In this document: positions 16,049 to 23,687 of the stretch, in pieces
Layout: the number at the start of each line of letters is the position of its first letter
Numbering within the stretch: the first letter of the stretch is position 1
Source: Candidatus Altarchaeum sp.
GTDB taxonomy: Archaea; Altiarchaeota; Altiarchaeia; Altiarchaeales; Altiarchaeaceae
Length of the DNA: 24,125 nt
Direction: 5' to 3'
Assembly: GCA_018260615.1 (NCBI GenBank)
Contig: JAGWDQ010000125.1
Location: forward strand, 1 to 24,125
Position numbers and translations under genes: made by a program
The notes under the pieces: generated by a model
Seen by the model: only the letters and a program-made list of their open reading frames with translations
Told to the model about the DNA's origin: nothing
Databases searched by the model: none

Positions 16049-16333
16049 ATGACAAACTTTGTTGTCAGGTTGCTGGGAGAAAGCGAGGAATATGAAATTT
16101 CAAAGGAACTTCTTGATGAAATGAACGTGCATGATAATAAAATTACGGAATACATAAAAGAGGCAGAGATATTGCAGGATAAAATAAGAAAGGAAATAGA
16201 GAAAATGCAGGAAATTGCCAGAAAAGGAAAGGCGGTTGATTTTAAAAAGAGCGATTATGTAATTCCTTTAAAAGATATTACAATTGATGAGGCAATGGAA
16301 ATTTTTGAAGGCGAAGGGATTATTAAGGGATAG
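16049..16333 (+). CDS. PspA-associated protein (PspAA-like)
   Basis: VVRLLGESEEY...SDYVIPLKDITIDEA...EGEGIIKG resembles the small PspAA domain. It sits directly downstream of pspA. Confidence 0.75.
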   Translation: MTNFVVRLLGESEEYEISKELLDEMNVHDNKITEYIKEAEILQDKIRKEIEKMQEIARKGKAVDFKKSDYVIPLKDITIDEAMEIFEGEGIIKG

Positions 16334-16458
16334 GGAAAATCACTCATGATTGTGTGGAATTTGAAGTTTGAAGGCGGAGAAAGAGCAAGTCCAAAAATTT
16401 AGATTATAAAGAATTAAGTCATTAAATTTGAGTGAGTAAATTTAAAAGTAAATTTAAA

Positions 16459-17628
16459 ATGTTCAAAGATTCTGATTTTGAAGTAGATGTCGAACATGAG
16501 GTAATTAAATGGCTCGTTGATAGTTCGGGATACACTACTGAAAAGCTTAGTGAACAGTTTGGAACAGGTGGTGAAAATACTATCAAAGAATGGATTGAAG
16601 GCAAAAAGAAACCAACAGAAAAGCAATTGGAATATTTGGCTAAATACTTAAAAAGACCCTTGGCAGCGTTCTTTTTGCCAAAACCTCCCGAAGAGAAGCC
16701 GCGACCAAAGGACTATAGAATGCTTCCTGGAAAAGAAGGAAAATTTGATCCGAAAACACTTCTTGCGATTAGAACAGCAAGAAGACTTCAGAAAATTAGC
16801 AAAGAACTTGCTGAAAATTTGGACAATAAAATAAAACAAAATATTTTTTCTGCGGATTTAACAGATAATCCCAAGAAAATTGCAGAAAGATATAGAAATA
16901 TCTTTCAGATTACAGACGAGACACAAAAAAACCGGAAAACCCCTCGTGATGCTTTTAAAATGCTAAGAGAATCCATTGAAAAAAGAAATATCCTTGTTTT
17001 TCAGATTCCGATGCCTATGGAAGATGCAAGGGGGTTTGCATTATCAGACGATAATCCTTGTGTAATTGTTGTAAATTCAAAAGAAGACCGGATTGAAGCA
17101 AGATTATTTACTCTTATGCACGAGTTTGCTCATATTCTTTTAAATAAATCTGGAATTGATATGCCCGAGAATTCTTTATTTATCCTGAACAACCAAAATG
17201 AAGTTGAAAAATGGTGCAACGAATTCGCATCCGAGTTCTTACTACCGGAAAAAACAGCTATGGAGATATTCACTAAAAATAAAATGACTCTTACCACTAC
17301 AGAAACATTGAATACATTTAAAAAAAAATACAAAGTAAGCAAACTTATGCTTCTTTACAATATGCGAAAACTAAATTATATAACTGACATACAGGTTGAC
17401 GAGGTCGTTGGAAGATACAAACCAGTTCAAAAAGAATCTAAAAAAACAAAGAGGAAACCAGGTGGACCTGCACCGGATGTCAGATGTCTTAGTGAAAAAG
17501 GAAAGAAATTTATCTCTCTCGTATCTAAAAATCTTGACAAAAATTTTATAACCGAAAGAGATGCATTGGATTATCTCTCAATAAAATCTACACAATATAA
17601 TAAAATATTATCTAAAATAAGGGAATAG
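16459..17628 (+). CDS. XRE-type HTH + ImmA/IrrE (M78) metallopeptidase
   Basis: N-terminal HTH (EKLSEQF...IKEWIEGKKKPTEKQLEYLAKYL), RPLAAFFLPKPP, DYRML, RGFAL, zinc motif FTLMHEFAH, EKWCNEFASEFLLP. The ORF-track start is a GTG at 16432; I prefer the in-frame ATG at 16459. Confidence 0.9.
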   Translation: MFKDSDFEVDVEHEVIKWLVDSSGYTTEKLSEQFGTGGENTIKEWIEGKKKPTEKQLEYLAKYLKRPLAAFFLPKPPEEKPRPKDYRMLPGKEGKFDPKTLLAIRTARRLQKISKELAENLDNKIKQNIFSADLTDNPKKIAERYRNIFQITDETQKNRKTPRDAFKMLRESIEKRNILVFQIPMPMEDARGFALSDDNPCVIVVNSKEDRIEARLFTLMHEFAHILLNKSGIDMPENSLFILNNQNEVEKWCNEFASEFLLPEKTAMEIFTKNKMTLTTTETLNTFKKKYKVSKLMLLYNMRKLNYITDIQVDEVVGRYKPVQKESKKTKRKPGGPAPDVRCLSEKGKKFISLVSKNLDKNFITERDALDYLSIKSTQYNKILSKIRE

Positions 17629-17629
17629 C

Positions 17630-18400
17630 ATGACAAGAAATATTTATGTTATTGATACCTCTTCTTTACTCGAAATAAAACCGGAAAAATATCCTTTTGA
17701 TATATTTGTCGGTATGTGGAAAGATTTGGAAAAGTTAGTAAAAAATGGAAGGATCATATCCTCTAAACTTGTTTTTGAAGAATTAGAAAAAATGGATGAT
17801 GGTATGTACAAATGGGCAAAAGAAAATGAAAACATATTTACAGAAAATACTCCTGAACGAAACAAGTTAGTTTCCGAAATTCTTAAATATGATAATTTTT
17901 CTGCCCTAATTGATCCTGATGCAAAAGGAGAACAGGCAGATCCTTTTATTATTGCAATGGCATTAGAAAAAGAGCAGCGGCATTTATCTTTTAACGAAGA
18001 AATAAAAAAGATTGTGGTTACAGAGGAAAGGTCGGACAAGTATTTGTTTACCTGGGATGATAATGACAATGACGGAATCCGAAAATTTTTGAAGAATAAA
18101 TTAAAACAAGAGTGGGTAAAAGATGCAGAAATCAGAAAAACAAACGGCAATATAATCATTACAAAAAATGAAAACAAAATTACACTCAAACTTCACAATG
18201 AAGAAAACAAAGCAAACTTAGAAATCTACGATGGAAAGAATTATAATTACGACGAATACATTTCTAAAAAAAATGTTAATGGCAAGATAGGCATCTATAA
18301 GAAAAGCAATAAGATAAAAATATCTTTTGTATGTCAACATTTTAAAATTGAATGCATAAATATTTTTGGTTTATTCAGAAAAGAAAAATGGAGTTGGTAA
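17630..18400 (+). CDS. PIN-domain protein (DUF4411-like) with an 86-aa insertion
   Basis: YVIDTSSLL, VFEEL, ADPFIIAMA, VVTEE and C-terminal KIKI.xVC...ECI...W. Begins 1 nt after the IrrE gene. XRE-IrrE plus DUF4411 is a recurring gene pair. Confidence 0.85.
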   Translation: MTRNIYVIDTSSLLEIKPEKYPFDIFVGMWKDLEKLVKNGRIISSKLVFEELEKMDDGMYKWAKENENIFTENTPERNKLVSEILKYDNFSALIDPDAKGEQADPFIIAMALEKEQRHLSFNEEIKKIVVTEERSDKYLFTWDDNDNDGIRKFLKNKLKQEWVKDAEIRKTNGNIIITKNENKITLKLHNEENKANLEIYDGKNYNYDEYISKKNVNGKIGIYKKSNKIKISFVCQHFKIECINIFGLFRKEKWSW

Positions 18401-18409
18401 AAACAATTA

Positions 18410-19075
18410 ATGTTTCCTAATAATATGATTGAAATAATTCCGGTAATAGATATAAAGAAAGGCAAGGCGGTCAGAGCATATAAAGGAGAAAGAGAGAAGT
18501 ATAATGAGATTGGCGATGTGTCAGATATCGTTGAAAAATACCGTCTGAATAAATTTACCAAAATTTACATTGCGGATTTGGATGCGATAATGCATGGTTT
18601 TAAATTTGGAAATTTTGATTTAATCAAAGACATTGCTGCAAACAATGCAGTAAATTTAATGGTTGATTTCGGAATAAAGAACATTGAAGAATATAATGTG
18701 ATAAAAGAAAAGGTAGCAAAGACCAGTACTAAAAATATTGACCTGCTCGTGGGAACAGAGACCTATTTGTCATCGGAATTTCCAGATGATGCAATTATAA
18801 GCATAGACGCGTTTGACGGAGAAGTTTCAGGCAGAAATTTTGAGTCCGTTGTCCGATTTTTAAAGAGCAATACAAATCCATTCATAACTATTGACTTAAA
18901 GCGCATCGGAACTTCAAATCCAAACACTGAATTGTGCAAAAAGATATACGAAGGTGTCGGAAGGAAATTTATTTATGGTGGCGGTGCGACAAGCAGCAAT
19001 ATTCTTATATTAGCGCAATACTGCAGCGGTGCAATTATAGGCACGGAAATTTATGGAAAATTAAATCTGATATAG
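18410..19075 (+). CDS. HisA/HisF-related TIM-barrel protein
   Basis: IIPVIDIKKGKAVRAYKG, IYIADLDAI, VDFGI, VGTET, ITIDLKRIGT, YGGG, GAIIGT. Looks more like the HisA-like proteins of C1-cofactor gene clusters than canonical HisA (inference). Confidence 0.75.
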   Translation: MFPNNMIEIIPVIDIKKGKAVRAYKGEREKYNEIGDVSDIVEKYRLNKFTKIYIADLDAIMHGFKFGNFDLIKDIAANNAVNLMVDFGIKNIEEYNVIKEKVAKTSTKNIDLLVGTETYLSSEFPDDAIISIDAFDGEVSGRNFESVVRFLKSNTNPFITIDLKRIGTSNPNTELCKKIYEGVGRKFIYGGGATSSNILILAQYCSGAIIGTEIYGKLNLI

Positions 19076-19190
19076 GTTTGATTAGATTACATTTGGGTTT
19101 AAATTTTTAAATTTATTTGTTTAATTTTATTTCGTTCTAATTTATAACTGATTGTAATATATAACATAATTTTATTATTCGTTTATCAAA

Positions 19191-19535
19191 ATGAAATGTG
19201 AATGTGGCGGAGAGTTTGAACCATATCTGGAGGAGATTGACGGTATTTCAATGGACTGTCTTAAGTGTAACAAATGCGGAAAAATTCTATACACTTCCGA
19301 GCAGATGAAGGATTTTATGAGTATGAAGGCAATGATAAAGAAAACTACCACAAAAAGAAAAATTATTGTTTTGGGGCATTCTTATGCTATTACCCTTCCG
19401 AAATCACTTGAAAAAATCGGATTGAAGGCGGGACAGAGGGTTTCTATGAAGATGACCGGGAAGAAAACATTAGAGGTTAAATTCGGGGAAGAGGGCGAAG
19501 AGAAAAAAGAAGAGGTTGCAGAAGAAGAGAAATAA
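19191..19535 (+). CDS. Zn-ribbon (YgiT/MqsA-like) + AbrB/MazE-type DNA-binding protein
   Basis: CECGG...CNKCG followed by RKIIVLGHSYAITLPKSLEKIGLKAGQRV (AbrB pattern) and an acidic tail. Confidence 0.75.
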   Translation: MKCECGGEFEPYLEEIDGISMDCLKCNKCGKILYTSEQMKDFMSMKAMIKKTTTKRKIIVLGHSYAITLPKSLEKIGLKAGQRVSMKMTGKKTLEVKFGEEGEEKKEEVAEEEK

Positions 19536-19738
19536 GTATTGATAAAGTGTATTTTGGGAAATTTAAAAATTTATAGAAACTATTTAGAGGCGTATGGAAA
19601 TATACCTTACAAACTCGAAATTTTTTAAATTTAATCGTATAACATGTATTTATTTTCGTACAGGAAAGTTCGTTTTATTATTTTCACACAGAGACACGAA
19701 GACACAAAGAGCAGAGTTACCCCCTATCTTTCTGGCTT

Positions 19739-19786
19739 TTTAAAAAACTTGTAGTTTTTTAAAGATTGAAACCGAAGGTTTCAGTA
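19739..19786 (+). repeat. Isolated copy of the double-hairpin module
   Basis: TTTAAAAAACT-TGT-AGTTTTTTAAA directly followed by GAT-TGAAACC-GAA-GGTTTCA-GTA. Same architecture as the modules at 4767-4819 and 7903-7952. Confidence 0.85.
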
Positions 19787-19893
19787 TGTGTGAGTATTCT
19801 TTTATCAAAATTTAATTATTTATTTAATATCTAATTATTTGCAGGAAAATTATTAATCCTGCATCATTATAACCGTTTTTAAACTAAAATAAA

Positions 19894-20418
19894 ATGAGTG
19901 CCCAGAATATAGGAATGAAAATATTTGGTCTTTTAGGAATACCTGTAATTGAAAGTTGTTCTTCCGAAGATTTTCCGGAAAAAGTGCCAAACTTATTTAA
20001 TATTGCAAAACAAGAAATACTAATATCAACTGACCTTCACCCCGATTTTTACAATAATGAATCAGTTAAAGCTTCTATTAAAGCCGCAATTAATAGGAAT
20101 GTTGATATTGAGATTCTAATTGATAAAGGACCTCATGACATTTTTAAAATTCAATGGTTAAAAGAAAATTTAGATAAAGGCAGAATAAAGGCATTTTATA
20201 GTAAGGATAAAATTAGACATATTATAGTGGCGGATGGAAAACATATCCGGGAGGAAACTACTCATGATAGAAGCAATTACGATAAAGCAAAAAATGATAT
20301 AATAATAAATGCAGGCAGTATAGCGGCTTTTACTAGAGATACTCTTAAATTAATGATGAGTGAATCAGAGCCATATAAAACTGATAAGACCAATGACAAA
20401 AATAGCAAAAATGTTTGA
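19894..20418 (+). CDS. PLD-like fold protein with degenerate HKD motif
   Basis: AKQEILIST...AAINRNVDIEILID...RHIIVADGKH. The strand pattern is PLD/TrmB-like, but the catalytic Lys of HxKx4D is replaced by Ile. Confidence 0.55.
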   Translation: MSAQNIGMKIFGLLGIPVIESCSSEDFPEKVPNLFNIAKQEILISTDLHPDFYNNESVKASIKAAINRNVDIEILIDKGPHDIFKIQWLKENLDKGRIKAFYSKDKIRHIIVADGKHIREETTHDRSNYDKAKNDIIINAGSIAAFTRDTLKLMMSESEPYKTDKTNDKNSKNV

Positions 20419-20977
20419 TTTTTTATTTAATAGTTTGTATTCATTGTATTCGTATTTATCTCAACTTTTGTTTGAATATTGCCCGGGTAATGATTCTTCG
20501 TATTATGGATCATTGCTGATTTTTACGGGTGTTTCTTTTGGCATGGTTTCTGCTTTTATTTCGTTAACACATAGTAATTATTCTAAACTTGTTAAGGATA
20601 ATAAAGAAAACATTAAATCAGGAAATGATGTCGGAAGAAAATTTAGTTTAGAAAAACTGGCTGTAATTGAATGTTACGCATCTAAAAATACCGGGATATT
20701 CCTTTTTATAGCATTCTTATTTTTGTCGGGTGGTTTTTTTGACATTTTTTATATGATTTTCAATTGGTTAACTTTCGGGAAATTTTCTTTTATCGTTATT
20801 CTGGTTGCATTAATTATTTTATTAAGTGTCGTGTTTTGGATGGGCTTGTTAATTATAAAAACAATATACATAAGAGAGATTAGAATGAAATTATTTAAAG
20901 CATTGAAAAATGTAATTGATTGGGCGAAACCAAAAGTAGATAAACAAATAGATAAACACGGGCAAAATACAAAATAA
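20411..20977 (+). CDS. Hypothetical membrane protein (3 TM)
   Basis: Hydrophobic segments SLLIFTGVSFGMVSAFISL, GIFLFIAFLFLSGGFFDIFYMIF, FSFIVILVALIILLSVVFWMGLLII. I prefer the start at 20411, overlapping the upstream stop by 8 bp; the ORF track starts at 20360. Confidence 0.7.
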   Translation: MFDFLFNSLYSLYSYLSQLLFEYCPGNDSSYYGSLLIFTGVSFGMVSAFISLTHSNYSKLVKDNKENIKSGNDVGRKFSLEKLAVIECYASKNTGIFLFIAFLFLSGGFFDIFYMIFNWLTFGKFSFIVILVALIILLSVVFWMGLLIIKTIYIREIRMKLFKALKNVIDWAKPKVDKQIDKHGQNTK

Positions 20978-21077
20978 TCATATAAAATATTTATGGGTGA
21001 TGTTAGATTGTATGGATATTCTAAACCTTGACAGATTATTTACTTCTTACTTTTACAATAATTTCGCTTCATTCAAA

Positions 21078-21986
21078 ATGGAAAAATTTCATAAATTTGA
21101 TTTAGAGGAAAATTTAGGGGAAAAGCAAAAATATATTGATGAGGGCTGGATAGAAACAAAACTGACATTTGCGGCAAAGGATAAAACCGAAGCAGGGGAA
21201 TTCTTTGCTCTTGCTGTTGAAAATTTTGAAACAAAAAGGACAAAACCCATTAGGATTTCATTTCACGAGATTCAGCAATCTCCCTTTGTCGGTGCAATAA
21301 TCATAAACACTTTAATTTATGATATTGAAGAGTTAATACGGCTTGTATTAAATTTTGCCCCGGTTGCAGTTGAAATAAAAAAAGAAAGAGTTGAATTGAG
21401 TTTGGTTACTCTGAATCAGATTTTTCTTGATATAAGTGACATCGTTAAGACATTTGAACACCTCTCCAAAATGGAAATTTATTCAAAGGATACAAATATT
21501 GAAAGTGCGGAAATTTATGCAAATGTCATACTTGAATTTCATCATGAAAACAGGGAATTAGTTGAAGAAAGGATGAACGATGCGCTCAATAAGATAAAAG
21601 CAATTGCAAATGTTATTTCCCAAAACAGGGATGAAATTTTGGAAGAATATGAAGAAGCAGGCGGTAATGCAAAATGCGGATGTGCGGGAAATACGGAAGA
21701 AACAGAGGAAACTGATGAAAGAGATGAGACCGAAAGAGAGACCGAAAAAGAGGCAGAAAAAAAGAAATTTTATTTCGGAAATGTTGAAATGGAGTTAAAA
21801 GCAAATCTTTTTGCATTTGTTGATATAATAACACAGTTTAAGCCAGTATCAATAGAAGCAGGTGCTCCCCACAGCATGACGATGAGCAGGGATGAAATTT
21901 ATACTCTGATAGGAAAACTTTTGTTAATTACTCAAAGGCATACCGAGAGGATTGTTCAGTCAAAAAAGGTTGCCGATGAATCATAA
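21078..21986 (+). CDS. Hypothetical protein with two tandem homologous domains
   Basis: The two halves share a pattern ending LIRLVLNFAPVAVEI / FVDIITQFKPVSIEA followed by a helix. The second copy has an acidic insert. The ORF track starts at a GTG at 20997; the in-frame ATG at 21078 is preferred but uncertain. Confidence 0.65.
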   Translation: MEKFHKFDLEENLGEKQKYIDEGWIETKLTFAAKDKTEAGEFFALAVENFETKRTKPIRISFHEIQQSPFVGAIIINTLIYDIEELIRLVLNFAPVAVEIKKERVELSLVTLNQIFLDISDIVKTFEHLSKMEIYSKDTNIESAEIYANVILEFHHENRELVEERMNDALNKIKAIANVISQNRDEILEEYEEAGGNAKCGCAGNTEETEETDERDETERETEKEAEKKKFYFGNVEMELKANLFAFVDIITQFKPVSIEAGAPHSMTMSRDEIYTLIGKLLLITQRHTERIVQSKKVADES

Positions 21987-22387
21987 TTTTCTTCCAGCTC
22001 AACGGAAATTTTTAAATTTTTACTCTTAAATTTTTCCTTTAATCGGTTTACGATATATTCCGCAACATATTCTGCTGTTGTTGCCCGTATAGGTATAAAA
22101 GCGATATCATCATTCGGAATTTCATAATTTTTCCCCTGAACACTGATTTTATTAGTTGCAGTATTGTCTTTTCTGTTTTCTGCGGACAGGGGCAGCATAA
22201 CCTTATGGTCAAATTCATTGCAGATGTCATCAAGCGTCTCTTTTGCTTTGTCAAAATCAATTTGCCTTCCGTCTTTATCTAAATTTCCATAAAATTTTGC
22301 CGTAATCTTAAAGTTATGTCCGTGAATATACTCGCTCTCCAAAAAATGTGCAGCGGAAAAATCCGACGAAATTTCAACATACTGCAT
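21956..22387 (-). CDS. queD: 6-carboxy-5,6,7,8-tetrahydropterin synthase / PTPS family (QueD-like)
   Basis: FSAAHFL, HGHNF, DF...L...FDH, TTAEYVAEYI, VELEE motifs of the T-fold PTPS family. Overlaps the convergent ORF by 31 bp. Confidence 0.85.
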   Translation of the reverse strand: MQYVEISSDFSAAHFLESEYIHGHNFKITAKFYGNLDKDGRQIDFDKAKETLDDICNEFDHKVMLPLSAENRKDNTATNKISVQGKNYEIPNDDIAFIPIRATTAEYVAEYIVNRLKEKFKSKNLKISVELEENYDSSATFFD

Positions 22388-22505
22388 TTTATCGTTTAGA
22401 AAAATTTAAAATGAAAAACCAAACTATGAAAAACGAAATAAAGTAAGTAAATAAAAAATAATAAAAATAAAAAATTTCTGTCTTCAGACAATATCAATAT
22501 ATTTC

Positions 22506-22775
22506 TTACTGCTGAAGTACGCTGCTCAACTTTGCAATAATGTCGTCTATAATCTTCTGGTCTGCAGGGAAACCTAAACCTTCCTTGTATTTCTTGCCTC
22601 CGTCGGGTGTAAAATATCCCTTTGAGATACTTACAAATTCATTTTCGTTCTCTCCCCCTTTGACTTTCTTCCTTGCAATTTCCAAAAACTTGTTGTTTCC
22701 ATAAGTCACTGCATCTGTCTTAATCACTTCATACTCTACTCTTTCCCTTCTTTCATCTCTTCTGTCATACGCCAT
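22506..22775 (-). CDS. Small hypothetical protein, predicted PC4/PUR-like nucleic-acid-binding fold
   Basis: Four-strand plus helix pattern (FLEIARKK...FVSISKGY...KEGLGFP...IIDDIIAKL) and an Arg-rich N-terminus. The fold call is an inference. Confidence 0.55.
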   Translation of the reverse strand: MAYDRRDERRERVEYEVIKTDAVTYGNNKFLEIARKKVKGGENENEFVSISKGYFTPDGGKKYKEGLGFPADQKIIDDIIAKLSSVLQQ

Positions 22776-22866
22776 TTTATTTTCTTGTTTTTGTGTTTTG
22801 TATTTTATTGAATTTAATTACGAATAGGTATAAATATTAATAAATAAAATTTATAAAATTTATCCA

Positions 22867-23655
22867 CTAAATACTGATTATTCTTTCCGGATGTGCATAA
22901 ATGTTAAATCTACTGCCCCTCACAAAGCCAATTAATGTTACATTCGTATTTTCCGCAACTTTAATTGCCGAATATGTTACAGCAGTTCTTGTTACCGCAA
23001 CAGGAATTCCAAGCCGTGAAATTTTTGCTATGATATCTGCGGGCAATCTTCCGGATGTGAAAAGAATACTGTTTGCAAAATTTATGTTGTTGATTATTCC
23101 ATATCCGAAAATTTTATCCGCCGCAACATGCCTGCTTATGTCCTCAATAGCAATAAATTGAGCCAAATTTTCTCCGAACATCAGGCCCGCTATATGCATT
23201 CCGCCTGTCTTTTTCCATATTTCCGCACTTTCCATCGTTCTGTTCATTCCTTCAAAAATTTTTTCAGGAGTTACGGATAAATCCGATAAAACAACAATGT
23301 CCTGCACGGTAACATCGTAGTCCTCTTTTCCTTTTATTATTTTTCTTGGCCTTAACTTGCTCATACAGTCAGAGGAAAGATACAATTCAAATTTCTGGCT
23401 GAAATTGGTGTCATCCGTATAAATTCTCACTTCATCTTTCTCAATTAAAATTTTCTTTATGGCATCTTTTTCCAAAATTCCCTCTCCGACACACAATCCA
23501 ACTGCTAATTCCTTTTCATAACCTCCTGAACAGGATAAGTCAGCGATAAATAGAGCATTAATGTAAAATTTTAAATTTTTTTCAATTACAACATCGTCCA
23601 TAATGGTTGTAAAATTTTTACCTTCAACCCTGATAATTTTAAATTTTTCATACAT
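22867..23655 (-). CDS. fdhD: Formate dehydrogenase accessory sulfurtransferase FdhD
   Basis: EKELAVGLCVGEGI, KTGGMHIAG, EDISRHVAADKIFG, TSGRLPAD, RTAVT...AENTNVTLIGFVRG.RFNIY. The ORF-track start 23691 is TTG; the in-frame ATG at 23655 is preferred. Confidence 0.92.
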   Translation of the reverse strand: MYEKFKIIRVEGKNFTTIMDDVVIEKNLKFYINALFIADLSCSGGYEKELAVGLCVGEGILEKDAIKKILIEKDEVRIYTDDTNFSQKFELYLSSDCMSKLRPRKIIKGKEDYDVTVQDIVVLSDLSVTPEKIFEGMNRTMESAEIWKKTGGMHIAGLMFGENLAQFIAIEDISRHVAADKIFGYGIINNINFANSILFTSGRLPADIIAKISRLGIPVAVTRTAVTYSAIKVAENTNVTLIGFVRGSRFNIYAHPERIISI

Positions 23656-23687
23656 TTTTAAAAATTTTACCGATAAATTTTGTGCTT

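Noticed and set aside
16346-16402. 18-aa ORF MIVWNLKFEGGERASPKI between pspAA and the IrrE gene
   Set aside because: Too short with no recognisable homology. It may be a remnant but cannot be supported.
18041-18298. Intein or group I/II intron as the explanation for the PIN insert
   Set aside because: No N-terminal Cys/Ser, no C-terminal His-Asn, no Hint blocks. It is in frame, with no splice-site structure seen.
19684-19794. MITE bounded by TCACACA/TGTGTGA around the isolated hairpin module
   Set aside because: The inverted match is only 7 bp and I found no target-site duplication.
476-23161. Other short overlapping ORFs in the track (e.g. 476-667, 2101-2373, 3068-3331, 6717-7275, 8770-8988, 9841-10194, 15395-15712, 17644-18189, 22901-23161)
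   Set aside because: They lie within well-supported genes on the opposite strand or frame and show no motifs.
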